Of a stretch of DNA of 64,000 nucleotides, positions 1 through 11,277 are shown in pieces. Source of the DNA: Lama glama (lineage: Eukaryota). The stretch spans positions 14,572,001 to 14,636,000 of the forward strand of contig CM052816.1 in assembly GCA_028534125.1 (NCBI GenBank). Direction: 5' to 3'. Below the pieces are notes generated by a model that saw only the letters and a program-made list of their open reading frames with translations, did no database searches and was not told the DNA's origin. Within the stretch, counting starts at the first letter, position 1. Each line of letters starts with the position of its first letter. The position numbers and the translations under genes were made by a program.

Positions 1-53
1 TTCCCAGGTGATGCTGCTCCTGCTGGTCTGAGAACCACTTTGAGAATCACTGC
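1..53 (+). mobile_element. MER5-type (hAT-Charlie) DNA transposon end, truncated by window edge
   Basis: ccaggtgatgctgctcctgctggtctgagaaccactttgagaatcactg resembles the MER5A terminus. Confidence 0.7.
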
Positions 54-187
54 TGTAATTGACTAGCACTGTCTGCTTTGGGTATGAGAACGGGAAATTG
101 TGACAAGTATGGCATAAATTTGCCATCCCTCTTCTAGTATGATTTCTGAATCTTTTTGTCATACCTTGCAAATCTTTATTTCTTAGT

Positions 188-735
188 CAGCCAGAGCAGT
201 CTTTTCAAAATGCACATCTGATCATGTGACTTAAAACCCTCTGAGGACCCCAGATAAAGAGAAAAGACCACAGTGTGACCTCCAAGGTCCTGCAACAGTG
301 TGGCCACCGCTCACTTCTCCAGCCTCACCCCACGTCTATGGCCACCTATGTCTCCCTTCAGTTCCTCTCATCTGCTAGCATCTCTTTGGGCACAGGGCAC
401 TTGCACATGTTGTTCCCACTGTCTGAAACACTCCTGCCGCCAGTCAAGCTCCTTGCCAAACAAACTCCAATTTATTTCTCAGATCTCAGCTCAGTCATTG
501 TTTCTTCAGGGAAGCTGTTCCTCACCCCCGTGACCTGCTCACATTCCCCCAGCATGTGTTCTCACAGCCCAGCAAGCCCTTTCTTTGAAGCGGTGAGCAC
601 AATTGCAGTTATATGTGGGTGATTGTCTGATTAACGCCTGTCTAGCCCACCAGACCATGAGCTCCAGGAAGGCACGGACCTGTATTCTTCCCATTTATCC
701 TTGATCCCTGGAGTCCAGCACAGGGCTCAGTAAAT
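188..735 (+). mobile_element. L2 LINE 3' region
   Basis: L2 hallmarks: aaatgcacatctgatcatgt, gcacttgcacatgttgttccc, ccagaccatgagctccaggaaggca, gctcagtaaat. Confidence 0.75.
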
Positions 736-999
736 AGAAAGAGAGCAAGAGAGGACGATGTTCTGAATTCCCACTGGGCTTCGGTTTAAAGTTTTTCTGG
801 AGGACGAAGAGGCGACATGGTCCACAAGTAACAAACCAATGTTTTTTGAGCACCTATGGTGTTTACAGACATGTAGGCCTCAGTGCAGTTAGAGTTTTCC
901 CCGCCCTTGGACGAAAGCAATCTTTGAGGTGGCCAGTGAGAAAGGGGAGAAGAAACTTGAACCCCCCTCTGAGGGTTGGTCCTTTGCTTTTGCATATGC

Positions 1000-1110
1000 T
1001 ACCTCATTTCTCAGGATAGATTAGCATTAGCATCCCCATTTTCCAGATGAAGAAACTGGGGCTCTGAGAGACCAAATGAGTTGTGTATGAGGCTTGTATG
1101 TGAATCCCCT
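1000..1110 (-). mobile_element. MIR SINE fragment
   Basis: atccccattttccagatgaagaaactggggctctgagag is the reverse MIR core. Confidence 0.75.
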
Positions 1111-1214
1111 TCTTTCTTCAAACCTGAAAGGAGTCTGAGGGGGCCTGATAAGAGAGAACACCAGTGCTAGGGCAGCTGAGGGGAGGGACTCAGTTTGGTC
1201 AGGCGGTTCAAGTC

Positions 1215-1970
1215 TGTTCATTCACGCATTCTACAGACCTCGTTGTGGGAGGTGCTGGTTATTCAGCAGTGGAAAGACAAAGTCCCTACCCTCAGGGAAC
1301 TTACATTCTAGTTATAGGAGACAGAGAATAAGTACACAGGAGAACTAGATATTGTCAGATAGTTGCAAATTCTATGAAGGAAGTAAATCAGGGTAACGAG
1401 CCAGTGTGTGAATATGGAGGGATATTTCATACGGAGAGTTCAAGGAAGGCCTTTTGGAGAAAGGGACATTTGAACTAAGTTATGAGAAGGCTCCAACCAG
1501 GGCCAACCGCTCCATTAGGGACAGTGGCCAAATACCTAGGGTCTCTAATTCTTTTAGGGGCCCGTGAACATGTTTCGATTTCTTTTAAAATCAGAAGGAA
1601 ACAATTAACTTCCAGGTAGAAGAAAATATTTTAGTATATAATATTAACATATTCATGCTTATACCAGTGCAGTCAGAATGTATAATTTGTATGTCTTTTA
1701 TGGAAGAAAGAACTCATAAAAGCAGAAGCACCTATGGCCCATGAAAATCATAATGTGGCCCTGTCTTCAATCATGGGAAAAGCCACAGAAGAGCATCTTG
1801 ACAGAGGGAAGAGCAAGTGCAAAGGCCCTGGGGTGGGAATGAGCTGGGCATGTTTGGGGAGCAGAAAGAATGTATGATGACTGGGGTGAGCTGGGTGGGC
1901 TGAGGAGAGTGATGAGGGATAAGGCTGCAGGGTCAGGTCGTCAAGGTCTGTGCAGAGACAGATGAAGGCC
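1215..1970 (-). mobile_element. L2 LINE interrupted by an ORSL-like transposon
   Basis: ggaacttacattctag and gagcaagtgcaaaggccctggggtgggaatgagctgggcatgtttgggga are reverse L2 segments on both sides of 1498-1763. Confidence 0.75.
1498..1763 (+). mobile_element. ORSL-like non-autonomous hAT-Tip100 DNA transposon, full length
   Basis: 8-bp terminal inverted repeats cagggcca...tggccctg; internal ttttaggggcccgtgaa, ttttaaaatcagaag and atataatattaa match the recalled ORSL consensus; degenerate 8-bp TSD gctccaac/tcttcaat. Confidence 0.8.
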
Positions 1971-2377
1971 AAGGTGGGAAGGCGAGCTGATGACCAAGAG
2001 GGTCGCCACTGACTGCTCTTAGGAGCGGGGGGAGGTGGGCTGCTTCTCCGAGTCAGAGTGACTGGGGCCACACCTGGACCAACACAGCCCCCCTTAAGGG
2101 AGGGCCTGAATAAAGACTCTCCCTTAAGATCCTTGCAGCCAAGATGCAGGCCCAGGCAGAGCCTATCTCCTGATGACTCACAGTCCATTAAGAGATTTCC
2201 TGGACCCCCGACCCAGGAAAAAAGTGGGCTGTGCCTCTTAGATACAGTGATGAACAGGTGTTTGGTAGGTGTTTCCGTGACTGGAGGGTGTTTCTGAGTT
2301 GGGTGGAGACTGAGCCCCTGTGTCTTGGCCTCATTTCTGGGGCTCACGCAGCCCCTCCCTGGGGCAGCCAGACTTGG

Positions 2378-2430
2378 TGGGGGGGTGGGGCTTCGGCAAG
2401 TGAGATACAGCGAGGAGCTATTTAAAGCTG
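2378..2430 (+). promoter_or_regulatory. Candidate core promoter (GC/KLF box plus TATA-like tatttaaag)
   Basis: ggggggtggggc about 30 bp before ctatttaaag, followed by a CpG-containing stretch. Confidence 0.25.
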
Positions 2431-3015
2431 CCGGCAGCTCGCCCCTTCTGTTCACGGCTCTGCCGGGTGGGAGCTGCCATCGTCACGCACCCACCGGCGC
2501 CACAGGAACACAGCAGCCCAGTGCACCCACACAGAGACATGGAGGAGGGTCTTTCTGCACCTCCACAGCCTGCCAGAGGGTCCTCCTGCTTGTAGGGCAG
2601 GGCTGATAAGGCAGGAGTGGACCCCGAATAGCCCTTCACTCCTGACCAGTGTGCCCAACCACAGCCCAGGAAAGTAGCCTAAATTTAGGTCACCCCCCCC
2701 CACCATTGGCTACAAGTGTAACCAATTAACGCTTTTGGATGGTGTTGGTGGAGGCGGGGGTGGGGGTGGTGTGGATCCTCAGGCCCACACGGGACTGGAG
2801 TTGCTCCTTTGGCTCTGGAAGGAGGTCCCAGGTTCCTGTGGATACAGACATGGGCTGAAAGTCCTGGGTTGGGGAAGCAGTAGGTGAATTTGGCCTGAGT
2901 TGACTGTATGTGCTGTCTGTGGCCTGGCCACACGCAGGCCCTAGGCACATATTAGGATCCAGTAGCGCTGACCAAAATGTGCTGGAGACTCCACCCCTGC
3001 TCTTATCCTCACCAG

Positions 3016-3136
3016 CAGGACACCCAGCTCAGACCCCAGGTTCAGGAGCTACACCCCAGGCTCCTTCTGATTCTGCCGGACCAGGGCAAGTGGGAACTGG
3101 GGCTCTTCTTTCTGAAGCAGACAGACAGGCAGGCAG
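3016..3136 (+). pseudogene. Candidate exon A of disrupted multi-exon gene (phase 1 to 2)
   Basis: Acceptor ctcttatcctcaccag, donor cag|gtagga; open frame GHPAQTPGSGATPQAPSDSAGPGQVGTGALLSEADRQAG; phase matches exon at 6508. Confidence 0.3.
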
Positions 3137-3520
3137 GTAGGAGGGTCAGCCCTGAAACACTGCCTGTCGCCTGCAGGACCAGACCACCCCTTACAGATAC
3201 AGGGGTCTACAGGGGCAGTGTCCTAAATGGGACGGGCTGTTAGCAACTCTAAACTGCAGAGGGGAGGAGCGGTGGGGAAACATAGGAACTGAGAGGTGAG
3301 GGCTGGAAGCAGAAAAGTGAATAAGGGTGACAGGAGAGGGGCAAGCAGAGGAAGGGCGCAAGGAGCCGCATCCCATGGCCTTTCAGTATATCCATGACTC
3401 ATTTCATTTAATGCCTCCTTTTGACCCTTCCCATTCCCCTTCCACCCACATTCACCAACCCTTGAATCCTCACTCATCTGCCATCACTTCCCCTACCCAC
3501 GGGCTCCTTCATCACACCCA

Positions 3521-3534
3521 GCGCCCCCTGCTGA
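3521..3534 (-). promoter_or_regulatory. CTCF motif
   Basis: Reverse complement TCAGCAGGGGGCGC versus core consensus CCASYAGRKGGCRS. Confidence 0.55.
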
Positions 3535-4639
3535 ACCCTCTTTACTTGCATCCCATCTAGGCCACATCGTTGCTTACTGACCCCCACCTAAGCCCACCAT
3601 TATCCCATCCAGGGTCCTCTCTAGAAAGCCTCAGGTCCTCTGCCAATGTCCCAGGGCTCCATCTCCAGCCCAGTTCCCTTTTCCGGGTCCCCATCACCCT
3701 CTTCCGTCATCGTGTTCTGCAGCCAGCCGCCCGGGAGCTGAATCAGAGCCATAGAGCTAACATTTTGCACACACGTCTCTCCAGATGACAGGCAAGATGG
3801 GCCTTCTGCCCTCGGCCCACACACACACCCGTGCTCAGGAAGTACAGAAAGCCAGGGCTGCACCCCACATGGGGTGGGGGAAGAGGGCTGGGGGGCCCTC
3901 TTCCTTCTGGATCACTGGCCCAGGGGCTTTTGCTCAAGGCTGGGACTTACCTTTTAAGGAGCAAAACAAAAAACAAAAAGCAAAACAAAACAATGTGAAA
4001 TGGAGAAAGACACAGAGACTGGTAGACAGAGGTCGCAAGAGAGTTCATATCAGAGACGGGTCGGGACAGGAAAACCAGGACGGAGAGGCAGTGTTAGAGA
4101 CTGGATAGACACAGACATCAGAGTCAGGGACAAGGAGAGGCAGAAATAGGGAGAGGGACTGAGAGGGGAATGCTGAGAAAAGGGAGCGCAGATGAGCACA
4201 AGGAAGGTACCTGTGAGTGGAGGGGGCGGGGGGGGGGGTTGGAGAGGACAGGGACCCTAAGAGGGAAGGGGAGCTGTCAGCCAGGAGTGAGAGCTCAGCT
4301 GGGCAGGAGCTGTCAGGAGCCTGAGCAAACCCCGAGGGGAGGCCTCAGAGATGCTCAGGGAAGACAGAACTCAGGGTTTACATGGAAGGATCCAGAGCTG
4401 CACCCTGCGGGGGGAGGGGAAGGGAAAGCAGAGGCAGTCCCCAGGCCTCCTGGGACCAGCAGTGGGCTGCTGACAGGTGAGCCTGAAGAGACAGTGAGGA
4501 CCACACACCCCCTACCTGGCAGAGCACAGGCCCAGACTCCTGCTGGGAAGGGTCGGGTTGATCTCAGTGGAGGCCTCCTGGGGCCTCCCAATGCTCTCTT
4601 GCTGCCGGCATTCCTTCTGCCCCATCGTATTCACAATAG

Positions 4640-4760
4640 TCACCATTTATTTGAGCCCCTACTAGGTGCCAAGTACATCCATTCACACAAAATGCTTGCA
4701 AGGCTAACACCATTGTTACCCCTATTTTACAGATGAGGAAACTGAGACTCAGAAACATGG
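4640..4760 (-). mobile_element. MIR SINE
   Basis: cctattttacagatgaggaaactgagactcaga. Confidence 0.8.
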
Positions 4761-4908
4761 AGGGCCTTGTCTAGACCTCCCTGACTCTCTCACATTGTCA
4801 GTGAGCCTCTGCTTTTCTAGCAGGAGCGTGAAGTTCCATCTCTGCTCTTGCAGTTTATGATTCTGCAATTTCCCCAACACATACACGTGGGTGGACTCTG
4901 GGACACGG

Positions 4909-4926
4909 ACACACACACACACACAC
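4909..4926. repeat. (CA)n microsatellite
   Basis: Direct reading. Confidence 0.9.
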
Positions 4927-5729
4927 GTCTCCAGAGGGGACTGGGTGTCTGTCCTTCATCTGCCCCTGGCTGCCGCACCCCCAGCCCCAGCAGCTCAGGC
5001 CTCCCCTCCGCAGTATCTTCGATCACCTCCCTCCAGCTCAGCAGCTAAGCCTGAGGATGATGTCATTCCTTTTATTTAAAGAACAGGGCTGAGCTGGAGC
5101 TTCAGGATGGGAGTCCACGTGGGCACAGAAGCCAAGTGACTGGCGACCCAGGGTCCTGGCCCAGCCTCTTCTGTCCCCACAGCTGCCATCTGCTGACCTG
5201 CTTCATGACCCTGTCCCATCCCCTGAGAAGCCCCCTAGAAGGCCCAGCTCAGCATGGGAGCAGGATGGGCCAGACCCATAGGGGAAGGAAAATAGGTGCC
5301 ACAGGTCTGCCAGGATCATTTGTTTGCTAAAGGCTCCCTGGGCTCGAAGAACATGGTCCTGTTGAAGCCATAATGCAAGATACAGAGCAAGTCATCCCAG
5401 GAGGTTATCTGTGTAAGGCGTCCCAAGAGCAGGGAAGTGGGGAGGAGGACTGAAGGGGGAGCTTCCTCCCAGAGTCGCTAAGTCTAAGTTCTTCCTTGCT
5501 TCATCCTCTAAATGTCAGAGCCTAGTCACCTGTTTCTCTCTGGATAAGCTGACAGGGTCCATCAGTGAGGAAAAAGCCACTGGTCCAGGAGTGGGACCTG
5601 CCCACCTTCCCCTGAACTCCCAGTTCCCTTCCAGGGCCGTCCTCCCATCCATGCAGGGCCTCTCAGCAGTACTTCTACTTTCCCACCTCAGCCTCACTCC
5701 TGTCTGGGAGGCCTCTTTTTTGAGGGGTG

Positions 5730-5915
5730 TGGAGCATTTAGGACCTCATGTAAACTTAGCAACATCAATAGAGGTTGATATGACTAGTGTCATCCCCATT
5801 TTACAGCCAAGGCAACTGAGGCTTATTAAGGGTGAGCAGCCTGCTCAGCTCACACCAGCTGGTCAGTGGCAGACCCCGGGTGCAAACCCAGGTTTGCTGA
5901 GTTCAAAGCCACTCT
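5730..5915 (-). mobile_element. MIR SINE
   Basis: catccccattttacagccaaggcaactgaggct...ctcacaccagctggtcagtggcaga. Confidence 0.7.
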
Positions 5916-6507
5916 CCTCTGCTTCTCCCTATTCTGCGGGACTCCCCCTCAGCTCCCATGAGACCCCCACAGCTTCCCTGAACTCCTCAGCCCTCTAACA
6001 AGGCAGAGGCACTATAAGGAGTCCACGAGCCCCCAATTCCCTTCAACTGTGTCCCAGTAAGAGGCTCCAAACTGGGTGAATGGGACTACCATAGTCTGTT
6101 CCCCCAATCTATTCCCAGGGTCCCTAATCCAGGCAGTGTTCAGTGAGTCCCTGCCCTAGGCGGGCGGAGATGCTTGTTCTATATTTTATTTAGTCACTAA
6201 TTGCCTGCATTTAAAAGGCATCACAGTGCCACACTCGTCCTCTGTTTCATGCCCTGATGCGTGTTTCTGCATGAAGGGACACTGGGGCAGCGGAACCAGT
6301 GAGCATGGGGCCATGGTCTCCCCAATGACAGCTTTAAAAGCCTGACCCCAGCGCTCAGTGCTGGAGGATGTCAGGTTGTCACCCTGAGAAGCGAGAGGGG
6401 GCGTGTGAGGGGCTGGAGCCTCTGCAGAAAGGAGGACAGAGGTCAGGGCCCTGCCAAGGGCCAGGCAGGAGGGGGACGGGGTGTACCATGTCCCCATTCA
6501 CCCCCAG

Positions 6508-6680
6508 GATGAGGGCCCAGCTGATGGAGCCCTACCCAGAATGCCTGGAGGATTCTGCAACACACAGCTGCCTGGAAGAGAACACGGCACAGGACTCAGT
6601 CACATCTGCTGTGATCGGGAAGGAGACATGTGATCCTTGTCTGTACCAAAAGCAAGAGATGGAAGTTGAAGGAGAGGAGG
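6508..6680 (+). pseudogene. Candidate exon B (phase 2 to 1), acidic and Cys-containing segment
   Basis: Acceptor tccccattcacccccag, donor gagg|gtaaga; open frame MRAQLMEPYPECLEDSATHSCLEENTAQDSVTSAVIGKETCDPCLYQKQEMEVEGEE. Confidence 0.4.
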
Positions 6681-6844
6681 GTAAGAGTGGGCAGGTAGAG
6701 GTAAGTGGATGAGACAGGAGCCTGATGGCTGGTACCTGTGGAGACAGCTCCAGGAGCCCACTTTGGGTTTGCCACTTGCTCAGAAAGGGCACACCCAAGT
6801 AGGTGAAGAGTAAATTTGTTTCCCACCATTTCCCAATCACTGCC

Positions 6845-7070
6845 ACGTCCAGTTCTGAGTCAGTTATCATCTCACTCTGACCCCAATGCTGACTCACACC
6901 AGCGTCAAACCTAAGCTTCAGCCACAACCCCACTGACCCTCACCTTATCCCCAACCCTGACTCCAACCTTCCTCCCAATGACAACTTCACCCCCAATCCC
7001 GCCCCGATACCAAAACCAAGCCAACTCATATTAACCTGCCGTAACTCCATCCCTGCCCCAACCCCATTCT
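6845..7070 (+). repeat. Degenerate C-rich hexamer-like tract (CCCCAA/CCCTGA type)
   Basis: Recurrent accccaat, accctcacc, tccccaaccctgactccaacc; G-poor top strand. Confidence 0.5.
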
Positions 7071-7155
7071 TCCTCTGATTCCCATTTCAGGTGGGAGTCC
7101 ATCCCTAGCTTCCTTCCCAGTCCTTATTTCTCGCCTGACCCAACCCTTTCTCCAG

Positions 7156-7942
7156 CCCAAGATGACTTCCTAACTGCAAGTGACGCCAGTCCCTCTCCCT
7201 GGCATTACGCTGGGCCCCTGGCCCGGTCGCAGGGTACCTGGGCAAGGCTGCTGCCTTCAGTCAAGCCACCAAGCTTTGGGAACTTTGGAGCAGTGCCTCC
7301 CCTTTCTCAGGGTGCTCAAGGTCCCAGCTCTGGGGCCAGGAGTCTGGGCCCCTCCTGCTCTCAGCAACCAGCTGATGACACCAGGACACAGGCAGGGATG
7401 TTACAGACCCTCCAGCTAAGGAGCCATGCTTCTCCGGAGGAATGGCCAGAGATTAGCTCTCTACAGAGCAGCCCCAGCACTGCCGCTCCTCACACCTCAC
7501 TGGGTAATTTTTACACGGCCAAAGACTGAGCCTAATGGGCTGCCTGCTCCCAGCCAGCTGGACAAGCAGGGAGGGCAGCCCCCAGGGTCTCCTACAGACC
7601 GAGGGGCTCTGCGCTCTGCTAAAAGGATGGCATTTTCATTCGACATTCGTCACAAGAGAGGGGCACTCTGAAAGCTTGGAACCCTGCACCTCAGGGAGAG
7701 AAAGAGCAAGTCAGAGTGCTCTGCACTGAGCCCGAAGACGCAGGAACACTTCCTCTCTGGGACAGGTGGGGAAGTCATCCCTCTTAGTGGCTTGAGTGCC
7801 AAGGAGCCACCGTCTGAGCTCAGCAAATGCCAAGTGATTAAGCCTCCAATGTGCAAAGTCTTCCAAACAGCCCCTCCAAGAACAACTCGGTGTACCCGTG
7901 CCCTGTTCCCGGGGCCCACCACGTCCACCCTCGAGCCACCCG
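7156..7942 (+). pseudogene. Candidate large exon C with a +1 frameshift (near 7505-7515) and nonsense TGA (7669-7671)
   Basis: Acceptor cctgac...ccctttctccag in phase 1; frame open 7158-7526; second frame open from 7426 to 8124 except TGA 7669; donor ccg|gtgaca at 7943 in phase 1. Confidence 0.4.
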
Positions 7943-8236
7943 GTGACAAACGTCACCACAGCATGCGCTGGCACCCCCCCTGCCCAGCCCACTGTCATCA
8001 CCCACCCCTCTTCCTGGGGTCTGTCTGTCTGTCTTTCTGCTCAGATGGGGAGCCGGTGGCCGGGCTGGCCGCCAGCTCTGCTTTTCCTGCCGGGCCCAGT
8101 ACACCACCGTTGCTCACCAAACACTAACTGAACGTTTGGTCTGAACTTTCTCCAGCTTCATTTCCCAGCAACTTCCACTTCCTGGGAGGTGGGATGGCGA
8201 CTTCCGCTCCATCCTGCAGGGAGGCAAGATGCCCCG

Positions 8237-8440
8237 GTGGTTGAGAGCTCCAGCTCTGGGATCAAACAGCTGTGCCCGGGCACCAAGCACACTTCCAGCC
8301 CCACCATTTGCTAGCTGTGTCACCTTGAGCAGGGTGCCTTCATTTCTCTGAACCTCAGTTTTCTGTTTTGTAAGATGCAGGTACTTAAGGCACCTATCTC
8401 ACAGAGCTGCTTAAAAAAGTCAATGAGGTAGAACATGAAG
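8237..8440 (+). mobile_element. MIR SINE
   Basis: ctagctgtgtcaccttgagcag...ctctgaacctcagttttctgttttgtaagatg. Confidence 0.8.
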
Positions 8441-8704
8441 ATACGTGTGTGTGTGTGAAGTGTCGAGCATAGTCGCTGACACAGAGTAGGTCCTCTGCTA
8501 GCTCTGCTGACAACGTGGCTACACACTGGTGGCCTAACTTCAACACAGGGTCCCGAGAGAGGAGGGCAGCTTGGGACCTTCTCCTGGGGAGGGAATGTTT
8601 GATACTGTTTACAGTCCTGTCTGAAGCCCCCACTCCCCCTTCCGTTTCATCCCACTAGACATTCTCCTTTCCCCCTCCCCCAACCCTGGGCCAGAGAATC
8701 CAGT

Positions 8705-9030
8705 TATTCATTCATTTATTTGCTTCTTCACACCTTCATCTAACAAATATTTATAGATTGACTATTCTGGGCAGGCCCTGTGCTACAGGCTGGGAGGTAA
8801 GTCAACAGATTGAGGTCACTGCCTTCACAAAGCTCATGGTCTAGAGGCACAGGGGCCAGAGCTTGGCAGTGCAAGTGTGGGGGACACACAGGAGGACCCC
8901 GGTCTAAGGGAAAGGAGGTGGGATGGTCTAAGTTAACGTCTGGAGGACAGGTAGGAGGTAGCTAGGGAAAGGGGAGAAAGGGTCCCAGGAAGAGGAAACA
9001 GCTCCAGCAAAGGCCTGGGTAGGAGAGAAC
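8705..9030 (-). mobile_element. L2 LINE 3' end
   Basis: attcattcatttattt...aacaaatatttat...gactattctgggcaggccctgtgcta...agctcatggtctag...cagcaaaggcctgg. Confidence 0.7.
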
Positions 9031-9349
9031 AGGCAGGTTTAGGGCTTCCAGAGTGCCCAGTGTGGAAGCGGAGCTGTAAGCGGTAACGTATCCTCACGCA
9101 GGCTGGAGTCTGCACTCTGTCCTCAGAGCTCTTCGTTTGGAGGCTGGATGTGGCCTAATGCTTTCCCCTCTCTCCACACATGGCCTCTGTCTCAGCAGGG
9201 AGAATTTCTTGAGCCTGCCTGGTTGTGGTGCGCCGGGGGTGGGGGACTGGGGGGGTAGGGGTGACCCAGGAGAGGCCTTCACACATGGGAGGGCCTGGGA
9301 GGGACAGAAACCAGGAAGATCTACAAGAGCCAGTGTGATCAAAGTGTTC

Positions 9350-9505
9350 ACTCCGTTTTCACGCTCCGTCTTCAGAACGTTACAAGAAACCCTCATTAGT
9401 TCCATTTTACAAAAGAGGAAACTGAGGCACTGAGACTTTTTCCCAGTAACACGAATGTGGCCCTGGTGCCAAGCCCCAGAGCCTGTGTTCTGAACCATTA
9501 GGCCG
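9350..9505 (-). mobile_element. MIR SINE fragment
   Basis: ccattttacaaaagaggaaactgaggcactgaga. Confidence 0.75.
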
Positions 9506-10034
9506 CCCTGGAGGTGGGACAGCACTAGGGGAGAGGACCAGGCACAAGAAGACAGGGGAGGGAATGGAGCCTTCTCGGGGGTGACTCTCCTCGGTCTCTC
9601 GACTAGCCAGTCTCCCAGACACAGACCCCAGGAGCCAGCGCCTGCCAGGCCCCTGAAGGGACAAAGCCCCCCATTCAGGGCTCTGACGGTCTCCCCTCCC
9701 AGCTGCTCGGCTCCTTGCAAAGCATTTTCCCTTAATAGCCTCCCTTTCAGCAGGACGCCTGCAGCCCACATCTGTGGAAACCAGGCCACAGCAACTCCTC
9801 CTACCAGGCTAGCAAGGCTGCCATGGCCATGGTCACCATGTCCCAAGTGTCTCCTTCTCCTCCAAGTCTGGAACCTTCCAACCCCCTTCCACTCCACCTG
9901 CTATTTCCAGGATTCTGCCTGTAGAGGGGTATGGAGCTGAGATCCTGTCCTTCAGGCCAGCCTGTCCTTAACTTTTCTCTGCAAAGTATGTCTGAAGTTT
10001 GGGCAGGGAGAGCAGGAGGACGAGGAGGTCTCCA

Positions 10035-10355
10035 GGGTTGGAATCCCTCTTTGGCCTCCAGTTTGCTGTGTGACTTTGGAAAAGTTACTTCACCTCTCTG
10101 GGCTTCTTGATTTTTCCAACTGTAGAATGAGAAGATAGCCCAGGTGTGAATTCAGACCACCCAGATTTGAATCCTAGATCCATCATTAACAAACTGTGTG
10201 ACCTTGGACATATCTCTGAACCTCACTTTCCTCATCTGTATGAATGGGATGACATACCTCAATGGTAGTTGGGAAGATTAAAAGAGATCTATGTGAATCA
10301 CTTTGCATAGTGCCTAGCTCACAGTAAACAATTAATAAACGTTCGCTGTAATTAT
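10035..10355 (+). mobile_element. Two tandem MIR SINEs
   Basis: gctgtgtgactttggaaaagttacttcacctctctg and ctgtgtgaccttggacatatctctgaacctcactttcctcatctgta. Confidence 0.85.
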
Positions 10356-10524
10356 TTTTATTACCATAATAGATGTTTTTCCAAACAGCTGTAGAATTTT
10401 TTTCTTTTTGAAAGGTGAAGTGGTGGGGGGAGAGCTTGTCCACCCTTTCTTCCAGCTCTTCCCCTTTGTGATCCCCAGTGGCCTCTGGTTTTGACTAGTA
10501 AGTCCCAGACCTGGCTGATTCTTA

Positions 10525-10650
10525 GGTCCTCCTGGGGAGTGTTTTAAAACCAGTTCCCCAGGATCCACCTCTGAGATTCCCATTCAGGGGATCTGGGGGG
10601 AGCCCAGAAAGAGACTGTAGAGTCATCCCAGGTGGTTCCAATGATCTCCC
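10525..10650. mobile_element. MER5-like DNA transposon fragment
   Basis: cctggggagtgttttaaaac...gagattcccattcaggggatctggggggagcccag...cccaggtggttc. Confidence 0.55.
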
Positions 10651-10954
10651 AGGTTCAGGCTGCATAAGGTCCTTTCTGGCCTTTAGGTGACATCATGCTT
10701 TGAGGACAAGGGCCTCCTTCCCCCTAGCCCCCTCTGAGGCTAAAAAACACCCCACATAGGCCCAGCAGGTTCCAACTGCACCACACCCTGGCACGGCTCC
10801 CAGCCTGCCCCCCGCCTTCATCAGGGTCCCTTCTGCAATTTTTTTGACCAAAAGGGGGCAGAGGGGAAGTGCTCCTTCTCCCGCCTCCAGGCCCAGCCCT
10901 CAGGCACCATGTTCCTGCTCCTCCTTTCCAGGCCTGTCTCTTTGGCTCATGATA

Positions 10955-11200
10955 ATGTCTAAATAGCCAGTGAGGGTTTACTGTGTGCCAGGCACTGTGC
11001 TCAGCTCCTTACGATTATTATCTTGTAAAACCTTTACAAGCCCTGTGAGGTATGAATTTTCCTCTCCACCCGACAGATGAGAAAACCAAAGCACAGAGAG
11101 GTTAAGTGACTTGATCATTGTCACGCAGCTGTAAATAGCTGAGCTGAAACTCTACCCTAGGTCTGCCCGACCCCATAACTCATGCTCTTAACCACTTTCC
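10955..11200 (-). mobile_element. MIR SINE, near full length
   Basis: tactgtgtgccaggcactgtgct...acagatgagaaaacc...cacagagaggttaagtgacttg. Confidence 0.85.
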
Positions 11201-11277
11201 TGACATCCTCCCCTTGGTGACCCCACTCCTAAAACCTTGCTCTATTAACCTCTATTCCCTGCCTCCCACATCCCCAG

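Noticed and set aside
1748..2455. 235-aa minus-strand ORF
   Set aside because: C-terminal part is L2 sequence
3195..3253. Minus-strand micro-exon (ctgcag acceptor, gtaagg donor)
   Set aside because: No compatible partner exons found on the minus strand
5333..5412. 80-nt exon-like segment LPGLEEHGPVEAIMQDTEQVIPGGYL
   Set aside because: End phase is incompatible with the 6508 exon and the splice sites are weak; could only belong if frameshifted
9094..9897. 267-aa minus-strand ORF
   Set aside because: Contains MIR-derived LSFLFCKM; non-ATG start; no family resemblance
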